Assembly (NCBI GenBank): GCA_945867235.1
Contig: CAMBHS010000001.1
Location: 3,839-67,838 of the forward strand
DNA from: Akkermansia muciniphila
Lineage (GTDB): Bacteria > Verrucomicrobiota > Verrucomicrobiia > Limisphaerales > SXQI01
Length of the DNA stretch: 64,000 nucleotides
Reading direction: 5' to 3'
Part shown: in pieces, positions 1 through 9,110 of the stretch
Layout of the letters: every line of letters begins with the position of its first letter
Position numbering within the stretch: the first letter of the stretch is position 1
Position numbers and translations under genes: made by a program
Notes under the pieces: generated by a model
Told to the model about the DNA's origin: nothing
Databases searched by the model: none
Seen by the model: the letters and a program-made list of their open reading frames with translations, nothing else

Positions 1-323
1 GCGGAAATCCCTGTCCGAATGGCATGCATCGGAGGTGTGTTTTTAGGGAGTTTACGTAAAATCTCGATCACGCCCTCGGGTAATTCGCGGTGCGAAGCAA
101 GGGTTGCTTTCAGTGCAGCCAGTTCGACTGCATTGGGAAGGCGATTTTCATGAAGCAAAAACACGGTTTCTTCAAACGAAACCCGGCCTGCCAGTTCGTT
201 GATGTTGTAGCCACAATAAATCAACTCACCGATATCACCTTTGACATCGCTGATGCGTGTTTCTGCAGCCACCACTCCTTCCAGCCCTTTGGTCGATTTT
301 ACTGGCGTCGTCATCATGTTCAT
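1..323 (-). CDS. citrate synthase, N-terminal ~107 codons; the gene runs off the left edge
   Basis: Absent from the ORF track because there is no stop in the window. My reverse-strand translation from the ATG at 323 gives MNMMTTPVKSTKGLEGVVAAETRISDVKGDIGELIYCGYNINELAGRVSFEETVFLLHENRLPNAVELAALKATL... This matches the N-terminal 'GLEGV.A.ET.IS...G.L.Y.GY.I.ELA...FEE...LL..G.LP' block of citrate/2-methylcitrate synthases. An in-frame stop lies just upstream at 375-377. Confidence 0.8.
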   Translation of the reverse strand, partial: MNMMTTPVKSTKGLEGVVAAETRISDVKGDIGELIYCGYNINELAGRVSFEETVFLLHENRLPNAVELAALKATLASHRELPEGVIEILRKLPKNTPPMHAIRTGIS

Positions 324-505
324 TTCGAAATATACTTCAAAACGTTCGTTTCTTGGTGTAATCCATGGTAAAATTTAGGGATACCCCATCTGACCGTCAA
401 CGGTTTGTTTGAAACATCGGACTTCAATTCACAAGACGAATACTTGACGAGTTCCTCCAGACAGTTAGAAGTAAATGCGAACCTAGCCATTGATATTGTA
501 ATTTC

Positions 506-1942
506 ATGCCGATATTCGCATTAGCCAACTCTGTTAACCAAGGTTATTGGCCATTTCTCGTTCTCGGGATATGTGTCGCTTCTCTTGTAATATTGATCAC
601 GGTATTACGTGTTCATGCATTTATCGCACTGATTCTCGTCGCCATAGGAGCCGGTTGCCTTTCTATGGTGGGTTCACTCCCCGGGGAAGCCGAAGGCAAG
701 AGCCATTGGTTGCAAGCCGTTGAATTAGCAACGACGGAATTCGGTGTCACCGCTGGGAAGATCGGTGTCGTGATTGGTTTGGCCGCGATCATCAGCTTTT
801 GCTTAATGGAGAGTGGTGCTGCCGACAAAGTAGTTCGTCGATTCATCGCCTTGTTCGGTGAAAAGCATGCTGGAACCGCCATTGTTGTCAGCAGTTACAT
901 CCTGAGTATCCCCATATTTTTTGACACTTTTTTCATGTTACTGCTTCCATTGGCGCGGGCTTTGCGGCTTCGCACGGGTAAAAACTACCTTCTATATATC
1001 CTCGCCATTTGTTGTGCGGGTGTCGTCACCCATTCTTTAATGGCACCTCACCCCGGACCGTTAGCCATGGCGGAGTCCTTAAAGGTCGATCTGGGGATTA
1101 CTATTATCGTAGGATTATTTGCAGGAATTCTACCTGTTGCGGGAGGATGGATGGCTGCCAAATACATCAACCGACATATGGAAATACCATTGCGGGAAGT
1201 TTCCGGGTCTTCGACAAAAGACCTTGCCGATATCGTAGGAAAACCAGAATCCGAACTCCCCTCCTTTTTCTGGTCGATTATCCCAGTGATACTTCCGATC
1301 CTCCTCATTGCAGGAGCTTCCTTCGCCAGTGCATTGTCATGGCAGTCCAAATATCCAAGTATTTACCCAACAATTGAATTTGCGGGTAATAGGAATATCG
1401 CCCTTCTCGTGGGGGCGATTATTTCGATGGGAATTCTGATGCGCCAGAAAAAGATGTCGCTCGCTCGAGTGAACGAACTCATCGGACCTTCATTTGAAAC
1501 CGCAGGGGTGTGTATTTTAATCACTGCCGCTGGAGGTGCGTTCGGTTTGATGTTAAAAAATGCGGGAGTTGGAGAGGCCATTAAGTTGGCCGCTGCGGGT
1601 CGAGAAATAAATATGATCTTGTTGGCATGGTCCGTCGCAGCAGTGATTCGTATCGCTCAAGGTTCTGCCACCGTAGCAATGTTGACCACCTCGGCGATGA
1701 TTTATCCCTTGATGAACTCTGGGACTCCTCTGCCTTACAACGAGGTCTACATCTTTTTGGCAATTGGATTCGGTGCCATGATTTTATCTTGGATGAATGA
1801 CAGTGGGTTTTGGATTGTCAGCAAACTGAGCGGGTTTACAGAGAAGGAAACACTCAAAACGTGGACTGTAGTTCTCACGGTAATGAGCCTCTGCGGGTTG
1901 GTGGAATGTCTGATCCTCGCGAAATTATTTCCGCTACGATAA
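506..1942 (+). CDS. GntP-family (gluconate/organic acid:H+) permease
   Basis: 478-aa polytopic membrane ORF with an ATG start. GntP-like blocks include FIALILVAIGAG, MESGAADKVVRRFIALFGEKHAG, VTHSLMAPHPGPLAMA and NDSGFWIVSKLSGFTEKETLKTWTV. Confidence 0.75.
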   Translation: MPIFALANSVNQGYWPFLVLGICVASLVILITVLRVHAFIALILVAIGAGCLSMVGSLPGEAEGKSHWLQAVELATTEFGVTAGKIGVVIGLAAIISFCLMESGAADKVVRRFIALFGEKHAGTAIVVSSYILSIPIFFDTFFMLLLPLARALRLRTGKNYLLYILAICCAGVVTHSLMAPHPGPLAMAESLKVDLGITIIVGLFAGILPVAGGWMAAKYINRHMEIPLREVSGSSTKDLADIVGKPESELPSFFWSIIPVILPILLIAGASFASALSWQSKYPSIYPTIEFAGNRNIALLVGAIISMGILMRQKKMSLARVNELIGPSFETAGVCILITAAGGAFGLMLKNAGVGEAIKLAAAGREINMILLAWSVAAVIRIAQGSATVAMLTTSAMIYPLMNSGTPLPYNEVYIFLAIGFGAMILSWMNDSGFWIVSKLSGFTEKETLKTWTVVLTVMSLCGLVECLILAKLFPLR

Positions 1943-1995
1943 GGTCGACAAAAAACGAATCTCTACTTTGTCATCGGGCACCAGCCTTAGATCGA

Positions 1996-3420
1996 CTATT
2001 TGAGAAGTTTTTTACAAGCAACCCTCAAATACTTTAGACCTGCTGCTGATTTGGCTTCAATATAACACCGGATCAAGGGCTCGGTTCCGCTCGCTCGGAA
2101 GGCTACCCATTCTCCACCGGGCAGCAGGAATTTATAGCCATCAATGGTAATAAATTTTTCCACCTTCACCTTTCCAATTGTCTGCAAACCATCGCTCAAC
2201 TTTTTTAAAATCGCCTGTTTCTTTTCGGAAGGAAATGAAATGTTGAGTCGTTCGGTAAAAAATGAACCCGTTTTTTTCTCGAGGTTTTTCAGAATCGTTC
2301 CCAGAGATTTTTTCTCTGTCGCCACCAGTTCGGCCATCAAAAGGCAGGCAAGGATTCCATCTTTTTCGGGGATATGCCCTCGAACACTAAGCCCCCCGGA
2401 CTCCTCACCTCCAACGATGATGGGTTGTGATTCCATCAGGGCTCCAATGTATTTAAAGCCCACAGGGGTCTCAATAACCGGAACTCCCAGCATCGTAGCC
2501 ACACTATCCACTTGGTGACTTGTGGGAATGGTGCGGACGACGGAGCCTGTCCAACCACGGTTCTTTTTTAAGTGGTAAAGAGCTAAAGCAAGAATCTGGT
2601 TGGGAGTTAACCATGTGCCATCACGGTCTGTAATTCCGAACCGATCCGCATCGCCATCCAGACCCAACCCCAAGGTGTTCGTTCCTTTGATGATCGACTC
2701 GCGCACTGCGAACATGCCCTCTTCATTGGGCTCAGGGTGGTGGCCTCCAAAAAATGGGTCGGGTTCAGCATCGAAAACAGTGATGCGTGCTCCTGCCTTT
2801 CGGAGTAATTCATCCAGATAACCTCGCCCCGTGCCGAACATGAGTTCGACGCCAATCTTGAGTTTAGCCGAGCCAATCGTGGTAAAATCAATCAGCTTGG
2901 ATATTTGTTTGAAATACGAGGGGCGAGGATCAAATCGAGGGCATTTAAATGATCCTGATAAGGGCGACTTAAAATTCCAGTTTTCCTGTGACAAACGAAC
3001 GATGTGCGCTTCGATTCGTTGGGTCACTTCAGGCGGTGCAGCCGCCCCGTTAGATATTGAAAACTTCAACCCTTGATAATAAGCAGGGTTGTGACTGGCG
3101 GTCATATTGATGCCGCCGATTGCCTTACGGGAACGAATACTGTGCGCGATGACGGGGGTAGGGGTGTCGCGATTGCACAGAAGGGGTTGAATACCATGGA
3201 CTGATAAAACCTCAGCCGCAGCGAGAGAAAACTCCAGTCCTAAAAATCGAGTGTCATACCCGATGATGACCACCGGATTTTGCCCATGGATGGAGGAACC
3301 CGGCGAGGATAATTCCTCTTTTAAATACGCTGCAATGCCCGCTGTGGCGAGACGGACATTGGAAAACGTGAAATCACGCGCTATCAATCCGCGCCAACCC
3401 GAAGTGCCAAATCGAATCAT
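1996..3420 (-). CDS. alpha-D-phosphohexomutase (phosphoglucomutase/phosphomannomutase family)
   Basis: N-terminus MIRFGTSGWRG. Catalytic Ser loop GINMTASHNP, metal loop GLGLDGDADRFG and sugar-binding GGEESGG are all present. Confidence 0.9.
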   Translation of the reverse strand: MIRFGTSGWRGLIARDFTFSNVRLATAGIAAYLKEELSSPGSSIHGQNPVVIIGYDTRFLGLEFSLAAAEVLSVHGIQPLLCNRDTPTPVIAHSIRSRKAIGGINMTASHNPAYYQGLKFSISNGAAAPPEVTQRIEAHIVRLSQENWNFKSPLSGSFKCPRFDPRPSYFKQISKLIDFTTIGSAKLKIGVELMFGTGRGYLDELLRKAGARITVFDAEPDPFFGGHHPEPNEEGMFAVRESIIKGTNTLGLGLDGDADRFGITDRDGTWLTPNQILALALYHLKKNRGWTGSVVRTIPTSHQVDSVATMLGVPVIETPVGFKYIGALMESQPIIVGGEESGGLSVRGHIPEKDGILACLLMAELVATEKKSLGTILKNLEKKTGSFFTERLNISFPSEKKQAILKKLSDGLQTIGKVKVEKFITIDGYKFLLPGGEWVAFRASGTEPLIRCYIEAKSAAGLKYLRVACKKLLK

Positions 3421-3423
3421 TCC

Positions 3424-3804
3424 CTACTTTTTCCAATCGAATGCACCCTTTTTCAAGGCATAATAATAGCCAATAAAAAGCACCCCAAGAAATGAGACCA
3501 TCGCGCCAAAAATTAAATTGGCATCCGTCTTCAGCATATCCCGATAAACGACAGCCCACGGATACATGAATACCACTTCGATATCGAAAAGGATAAAAAG
3601 CATCGCCACCAAATAAAATTTTACCGAGAGCCTGCTCTGGCCGTCGCCTATGGGCAACATGCCGCACTCATAGGCGGTGTCTTTTATTTTTGTCCGTTTC
3701 GATCTTTTGCCAGCGACGGCAGACAATATTAGATTGCCCACGGCAAATGATACCGCGACGCCTCCTAATAATAGAATCGGAATGTATTGCTGTTGCTGTT
3801 CCAT
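3424..3804 (-). CDS. nuoA: NADH-quinone oxidoreductase subunit A
   Basis: YECGM...RLSVKFYLVAMLFILFDIEVVFMYPWAVV is the NuoA/ND3 signature, with three predicted TM segments. The track start at 3813 is GTG, so I prefer the ATG at 3804 (MEQQQQYIPILL...). Confidence 0.85.
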   Translation of the reverse strand: MEQQQQYIPILLLGGVAVSFAVGNLILSAVAGKRSKRTKIKDTAYECGMLPIGDGQSRLSVKFYLVAMLFILFDIEVVFMYPWAVVYRDMLKTDANLIFGAMVSFLGVLFIGYYYALKKGAFDWKK

Positions 3805-3884
3805 AACCCTCACAAACCTAACAGCAGAAAGGGTGATTAAGCAAGCCTGTCCACATGGTGATATACATGAAAAACGACCTGTTT

Positions 3885-4655
3885 TTACATCCCCATAATC
3901 TGGTAACCAGAATCAACGTAAAGCACCTGTCCCGTCATGGCTGCCGCTCCATCGGAGGCAAGAAAGGTCCCGGTGGCACCCAGTTCCTCAGGTAGCACAT
4001 TTCGTTTGAGTGGAGAGTGGGATTCGTAATGTTTCAACATGTCAGAAAAGCCTGCAATTCCACGTGCAGCCAACGTGTTCATGGGACCCGCTGAAATACA
4101 ATTCACGCGGATCTTTTTCGGACCTAGATCATAAGCAAGGTATCGAGTTGAGGCTTCTAGGGAGGCTTTGGCGACACCCATGACATTGTAATGGGGAACC
4201 ACCTTTTCCGCCCCGTAATACGTCATTCCGACAATCGAACCCCCGTGGATCATGAGCGGTGCTGCGGCACGTGAAATTGCTACAAGCGAGTAGGCACTCA
4301 CATCGTGGGCAATGCGAAATGCTTCCCTCGAAGTATTGATAAAATCGCCTTCGAGTGCTTCCTTTGGAGCAAACGCCACAGAATGAAGCACGAGATCTAA
4401 GTGTCCAAATTTTGCCCCTAATTCGCTAAACACACGGGCAATATCCTCGTCCTTCGTGACGTCACACGGCAAAATCAACGTGTCCGACCCGAAAGTTCCG
4501 GCTAGCTCTTCAACATTATCTTTGAGCCGATCCCCTTGGTAGGTGAAAGCGAGAGTGGCACCGGCTTTCTTCCATGCCTGGGCGATGGCCCAAGCAATCG
4601 ATCGCTTATTGGCGACGCCAAACACAATTCCTATTTTATTTTCAAGTAATGACAT
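3885..4655 (-). CDS. fabI: enoyl-[acyl-carrier-protein] reductase (NADH), FabI
   Basis: From the internal ATG at 4655: MSLLENKIGIVFGVANKRSIAWAIAQAWKKAGATLAFTYQGDRL..., the SDR-type FabI N-terminus. The downstream YYGAEKVVPHYNVMGVAKASLE contains the Tyr/Lys catalytic region. The 41-aa upstream extension in the track is Cys/Phe-rich and not FabI-like. Confidence 0.9.
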   Translation of the reverse strand: MSLLENKIGIVFGVANKRSIAWAIAQAWKKAGATLAFTYQGDRLKDNVEELAGTFGSDTLILPCDVTKDEDIARVFSELGAKFGHLDLVLHSVAFAPKEALEGDFINTSREAFRIAHDVSAYSLVAISRAAAPLMIHGGSIVGMTYYGAEKVVPHYNVMGVAKASLEASTRYLAYDLGPKKIRVNCISAGPMNTLAARGIAGFSDMLKHYESHSPLKRNVLPEELGATGTFLASDGAAAMTGQVLYVDSGYQIMGM

Positions 4656-4894
4656 AATAAACCGAATTCTAAAACACAGGTTGAATGCGAACGAGAGCCC
4701 TTGGCAACTATTATTTGTGGAGGAAAAAATCCAGTGGATACATTGTTTCCATGATCCATCTTGGATAACCCCAGACATCCAACAACCAACCTGTTAAATT
4801 ACACCTTTCGATCGATTCGGATTGAAAAAACATCCGTCGACTATAATCCTTGCTTCCGAATTTCTAATCCTGCCCAATAATGTATCAATAACCT

Positions 4895-7585
4895 ATGAAC
4901 CTATCTTTTCCCTTGCGGCCGTTCGGGTACTCTCTCCTGTTGTGTGGTTTGATGGGGTGTGGGGGGGCTCCTAATGTTTCCCTTCCACATTGGTCTGCAA
5001 CGGATCCAGTGAATCCATCAAGTCCGTTCGGAGCGGTGCTTCCCGTAAATCAGATCATAACGCCTGCTGGACGACAAGTGGATCTGCCTGGCCTACGTCC
5101 GCAAGCAATTGCATTAAGTCCCAATGGTCAACTTTTGGCAGTTACAGGTAAAACTTCTGAGATCGTAATCCTAGATCCCACGACGGGTGAAATACGCCAA
5201 CGAGTCAGCCTGCCGCCTGAGTTAAGCACCGCTACAAATCCGGTAGTTTCCAGCCACTTGTTAAAGCCGGATACAGAGGGTCAGGTCAGTTATACTGGGT
5301 TGGCATTTGCACCCGATGGGAATTCACTCTATCTCGCCAATGTCAACGGAAGCATCAAGGTTTTCTCCGTTGACTCGAATAATGTCGTCACTCCTTCACA
5401 CACGCTCGCATTACCTGAAGTTGTCGGGTTCCCAAGAACGAAAAATATTCCTTCCGGCTTAAAGGTTTCTCCTGATGGAAAACGCCTTTACGTAGTGCTG
5501 AATTTATCAAATCAACTCTTAGAAGTTGATCTGACGTCTGGAAATACCTTGAAGAAGTTCGAAGTGGGGAACGCTCCTTACGATTTGGTTTTAGTCGGCA
5601 CTAAAGCTTATGTGAGTAACTGGGGAGGACGTCGAGTTGAACTAGGAGTTCTGAGTGGCCCGATTGGGATTGGCGCCAAAGTCCGAGTTGATCCAGTGCG
5701 ACACATTGCCAATGAAGGTTCAGTCAGCGTCATCAATTTGGAAACGGGAATTGTCACCAGCGAAATCATCGTAGGGATGCACTCCTCGGCCATTGGAATG
5801 TCACCCGACCGAAAATACGTGGTTGTTGCCAACGCAAATAGCGACAGTCTGAGTGTCATTGAAACCAAATCCGACCGGGTGATCGAAACCATCGACATGA
5901 AATGGGCCAAGGGGGATCCGTTCGGCGCCAGTCCCAATGCTTTGGTTTTTGATGAATCAGGGCGGGAGATTTACGTTTGCAATGGAACACAAAATGCCGT
6001 GGCTGTTGTCAAATTTCAGCCCGGACATTCCAAATTAACAGGGTTGATCCCCACAGGTTGGTATCCTGGAGCGATTGTTCAAGATTCAGCGAGGAAATCG
6101 TTGTATGTGGCGAATATCAAAGGATGGGGATCTGGACGACGTGGGAAATCGGGCGAAAAAATTAAAGCTCAAACCCATCAATATTTCGGCACTGTTTCGC
6201 TCTTCAAAAAACCTGGAGCTTCCCTACTTAAGAATTACACCCAGTTGGTGCATCACAACTATCGACGGGCGATTGTGGAAGCCTCTCAATTACCTCCACG
6301 TGCAGGGATTGCAGCAACACCAGTCCCAGAAAGGGTAGGGGAACCCTCGTTGATCAACCATGTCGTTTACATCATTAAGGAAAATAGAACCTACGATCAG
6401 GTCTTGGGTGATTTGCCGCAAGGCAACGGGAATCTTGAATTGTGTACTTTCGGAGAAAAATATACCCCGAATCAACATAAACTCGTGAAAGAGTTCGTCC
6501 TTCTTGACAATACCTACTGCTCAGGGATTTTGAGTGCAGATGGACATCAATGGTCCACCACAGCCTTCGCAACAGACCTTCTGGAAAAATCCTTCGCAGG
6601 ATTTCCTCGCAGCTATCCTGACGGAATGGAAGATGCCGATGTCGATGCGTTGGCTTATGCTTCCTCCGGGTTCATTTGGGATAATGCGTTAGCTCACAAT
6701 AAAACACTCCGAATTTACGGTGAATTTGCCACGAGTACTTGTGGGTGGTCAGATACAAATAGAACGGGGTCGCCAACTTTCGCTGACTATTACCGAGACT
6801 TTAAGGAAAAGACCCAGTTTACCCGGGTGAGTTCTCGTCCCTCGATCGAGTCGATCCGAGGTGTATTAGCCACCAACACGGTCGGTTGGGATATGGACGT
6901 GCCTGATGTGATCCGAGCTTCTCGGTTTATCGAGGATCTCGCTGCATTTGAGAAAAAAGGCGAAATGCCCAACTTGATCATCATTTGTCTGCCGAACGAT
7001 CACACGTCTGGCACGAGTCCAGGAAAACCAACTCCAGGGGCATACATTGCTGATAATGACTTGGCGATGGGGCAAATTGTCGAGGCATTGAGCAAAAGCA
7101 TATTTTGGAAAGATTCCTGCGTGTTTGCCATCGAGGATGATCCTCAAGCGGGCTGGGATCATGTCACCGGATATCGAACGACAGCGTATGTGGCGAGTCC
7201 TTATGCGAAGCGTGGTGCCGTGGTGAGTATCAACTACAATCAACCCAGCCTCCTCCGCACGATGGAGTTGATGCTCGGTCTGCCACCCATGAACCAGATG
7301 GATGCTGGGGCACGACCGATGAAGGAATGTTTTACGGAACAACCTAATTTCGCTCCGTTTATAACGGTCACCAACAACATCTCTTTGCACGAAGTGAATC
7401 CTCCTGCACACGCGTTGATCGACAGTATGCAACGCCGATATGCGGAATCATCGGCGAAGCTAAACTTGAAGGAACCAGATCGTTGCCCTGAAGACTTATT
7501 AAACAGGATTCTTTGGCACGCCATTAAGGGGAGTAAAACCAAATACCCCATGTGGGCGATCCACGAAGTTGAAGATGACGATTAA
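4895..7585 (+). CDS. lipoprotein fusing a YncE-like beta-propeller to a phosphoesterase (PLC/AcpA-type, alkaline-phosphatase superfamily) domain
   Basis: Signal peptide with a lipobox-like LLLCGLMGCGG. Repeated propeller units include LSPNGQLLAVTG, FAPDGNSLYLANVNGSIKVF, VSPDGKRLYVVLNLSNQLLEVD and MSPDRKYVVVANANSDSLSVIE. The C-terminal half carries the phosphoesterase blocks NHVVYIIKENRTYDQVLGDL and PNLIIICLPNDHTSG. Confidence 0.75.
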   Translation: MNLSFPLRPFGYSLLLCGLMGCGGAPNVSLPHWSATDPVNPSSPFGAVLPVNQIITPAGRQVDLPGLRPQAIALSPNGQLLAVTGKTSEIVILDPTTGEIRQRVSLPPELSTATNPVVSSHLLKPDTEGQVSYTGLAFAPDGNSLYLANVNGSIKVFSVDSNNVVTPSHTLALPEVVGFPRTKNIPSGLKVSPDGKRLYVVLNLSNQLLEVDLTSGNTLKKFEVGNAPYDLVLVGTKAYVSNWGGRRVELGVLSGPIGIGAKVRVDPVRHIANEGSVSVINLETGIVTSEIIVGMHSSAIGMSPDRKYVVVANANSDSLSVIETKSDRVIETIDMKWAKGDPFGASPNALVFDESGREIYVCNGTQNAVAVVKFQPGHSKLTGLIPTGWYPGAIVQDSARKSLYVANIKGWGSGRRGKSGEKIKAQTHQYFGTVSLFKKPGASLLKNYTQLVHHNYRRAIVEASQLPPRAGIAATPVPERVGEPSLINHVVYIIKENRTYDQVLGDLPQGNGNLELCTFGEKYTPNQHKLVKEFVLLDNTYCSGILSADGHQWSTTAFATDLLEKSFAGFPRSYPDGMEDADVDALAYASSGFIWDNALAHNKTLRIYGEFATSTCGWSDTNRTGSPTFADYYRDFKEKTQFTRVSSRPSIESIRGVLATNTVGWDMDVPDVIRASRFIEDLAAFEKKGEMPNLIIICLPNDHTSGTSPGKPTPGAYIADNDLAMGQIVEALSKSIFWKDSCVFAIEDDPQAGWDHVTGYRTTAYVASPYAKRGAVVSINYNQPSLLRTMELMLGLPPMNQMDAGARPMKECFTEQPNFAPFITVTNNISLHEVNPPAHALIDSMQRRYAESSAKLNLKEPDRCPEDLLNRILWHAIKGSKTKYPMWAIHEVEDDD

Positions 7586-7617
7586 AACGATTAGATTCAG
7601 TCAGGTTGTTTTTAGGT

Positions 7618-7641
7618 GTTGAAGTTCGCACATACTTCAAC
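7618..7641 (+). other. stem-loop downstream of the propeller/phosphoesterase gene (possible terminator or RNA-stability hairpin)
   Basis: gttgaagt-tcgcacat-acttcaac forms a perfect 8-bp stem, extendable by G:C and G:U pairs, 33 nt after the stop. No U-tract follows, so it is not a canonical intrinsic terminator. Confidence 0.3.
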
Positions 7642-7679
7642 GCATTGGCGAACCGCGTCGAATAATTAAATAATGATTT

Positions 7680-9068
7680 ATGCAGGCCGTTCTTGATTAC
7701 TTGGTATCAAACGAATCCCGATTCATCGCTGACCTTAGCAATTATGTCAGGATACCCAGCGTATCGGCGCAACCGAGTCATGCCCCAGATATGCAACGAG
7801 CAGCGGAATGGATCAGGGATCACTGCTGCGGAATTGGCTTGGAAGCTGAGTTGCACCCTACGCCGGGAAACCCTGTTCTCATAGCTCGCACACCTCGGCA
7901 AAAAAACAGGAAACGTCCGCACTACCTCGTTTACGGTCATTATGACGTTCAACCACCTGAGCCTTTTGAACTCTGGCATTCAGCCCCCTTCGAACCCATC
8001 CAACGAGGTCGTTCACTTTTTGGTCGTGGTGCCAGCGACAACAAGGGACAGCATCTCGCTCACCTCAATGCGATTGAAGCGTATTTAAAAACCGGAACCG
8101 AATTGCCATGTGATCTTACCTTTCTCATCGAAGGAGAAGAGGAAATTGGTTCGAATCATCTCGCTCAATTCTTAAGAACAAAAAGAAATGAGCTTAAATG
8201 CGACGGAGTGGTTATTTCTGACACTGGAATTCCGAGTCTGAAACAACCGGCATTGACCTGTGCCCTCAGGGGCATTGTAGCTTTTGAACTTAAAGTGATT
8301 GGCCCGAACCGAGATTTGCACTCTGGACTTTTCGGCGGATCAGTCGATAACCCTGCGCTCGTTCTGTGTCAAATGCTCGCCAAAACACGAGACTCCAAAG
8401 GCCGAATCACCATTCCTGGCTTTTACGACGAGGTTGTAAAACTGACCTCCGCTGAGCGTCGAGAAATGGCGAAACTTCCTTTCAATGAACGCAAAGAATC
8501 GCGATTCCTTGGGGTTCCCCAGTTGTTTGGAGAGAAGGGATTCACCGTAATTGAGCAGAGAGGCACTCGACCAACTCTCGAAATCAATGGTCTTACCAGT
8601 GGGTATCAAGGGATTGGGAATAAAACCATCGTTCCTAGTTGGGCGAGTGCAAAAATCACATGCCGGTTGGTTCCTGATCAAAAACCGGAGGGGCTTCGTA
8701 AAAAAATCATCCAGTATCTGAGGACAATTTGCCCACCCACTGTGAAGCTTCAAATCACCTCGGATCACGGCGGGGAACCTTACCATGTTTCCTCCGAGAG
8801 TCCACAGGCTCAAGCTGCCTTACGCGCCCTCAGATCAGCCTTTGGCCACGAACCTGTGTTGCTGCGTGAAGGCGGATCCATTCCGATCGTGAATGATTTT
8901 AAGAAAATCCTCGGTGTGGACACACTTTTGTTGGGACTAGCCCTGCCGGATGATAATGCTCATTCTCCCAATGAGAAGTTCAACCTCGACTGCTACGCCA
9001 AAGGAATGCGGTTGGGTGCTTTGCTTTGGCAGGAACTAGGTCGAGTCAGTGAGAACGATTCAGCCTAG
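7680..9068 (+). CDS. M20-family dipeptidase/metallopeptidase
   Basis: HYLVYGHYDVQP, GRGASDNKGQ and IEGEEEIGS are the metal-ligand blocks of M20 (ArgE/DapE/CNDP-like) peptidases. The 462-aa length fits the dimerisation-domain-containing dipeptidases. Confidence 0.85.
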   Translation: MQAVLDYLVSNESRFIADLSNYVRIPSVSAQPSHAPDMQRAAEWIRDHCCGIGLEAELHPTPGNPVLIARTPRQKNRKRPHYLVYGHYDVQPPEPFELWHSAPFEPIQRGRSLFGRGASDNKGQHLAHLNAIEAYLKTGTELPCDLTFLIEGEEEIGSNHLAQFLRTKRNELKCDGVVISDTGIPSLKQPALTCALRGIVAFELKVIGPNRDLHSGLFGGSVDNPALVLCQMLAKTRDSKGRITIPGFYDEVVKLTSAERREMAKLPFNERKESRFLGVPQLFGEKGFTVIEQRGTRPTLEINGLTSGYQGIGNKTIVPSWASAKITCRLVPDQKPEGLRKKIIQYLRTICPPTVKLQITSDHGGEPYHVSSESPQAQAALRALRSAFGHEPVLLREGGSIPIVNDFKKILGVDTLLLGLALPDDNAHSPNEKFNLDCYAKGMRLGALLWQELGRVSENDSA

Positions 9069-9110
9069 TAGTAGCACCTACCTTCCTCAGGCGACCACAG
9101 AAGTAACGCA

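Noticed and set aside
90-371. 93-aa plus-strand ORF at the left edge
   Set aside because: It is antisense to a clearly recognisable citrate synthase N-terminus (minus strand, 323..1). It is Cys/His/Phe-rich with no family resemblance, so I treat it as a shadow ORF.
4656-4778. N-terminal extensions of ORF-track entries. Those trimmed to an internal ATG are fabI at 4778, the ABC ATPase at 15297, M42 at 17196, rny at 34735, the S15 hydrolase at 42233, prmA at 52034, the receiver-like ORF at 54329 and the M42-like ORF at 56153. Those with GTG/TTG track starts replaced are atpF at 44182, the amidase at 54477, nuoA at 3813, gldG-like at 13498, the MIP at 40251, iscA at 9978 and the Rieske ORF at 9896.
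   Set aside because: The extensions overlap upstream genes or hairpins, or begin at TTG/GTG, and do not resemble the respective families. An internal ATG restores the canonical N-terminus or signal peptide in each case.
6866-7432. Long antisense ORFs inside confident genes. These are 6866-7432 (188 aa), 8340-8813, 13692-14102, 27157-27558, 29279-29689, 31508-32050 (180 aa), 35460-35840, 43180-43641 (153 aa) and 32818-33258.
   Set aside because: All lie wholly opposite strongly supported CDSs. They have Arg/Ser/Pro/Cys-skewed compositions typical of shadow frames, no recognisable motifs and no room for their own promoters. Nothing supports dual coding.
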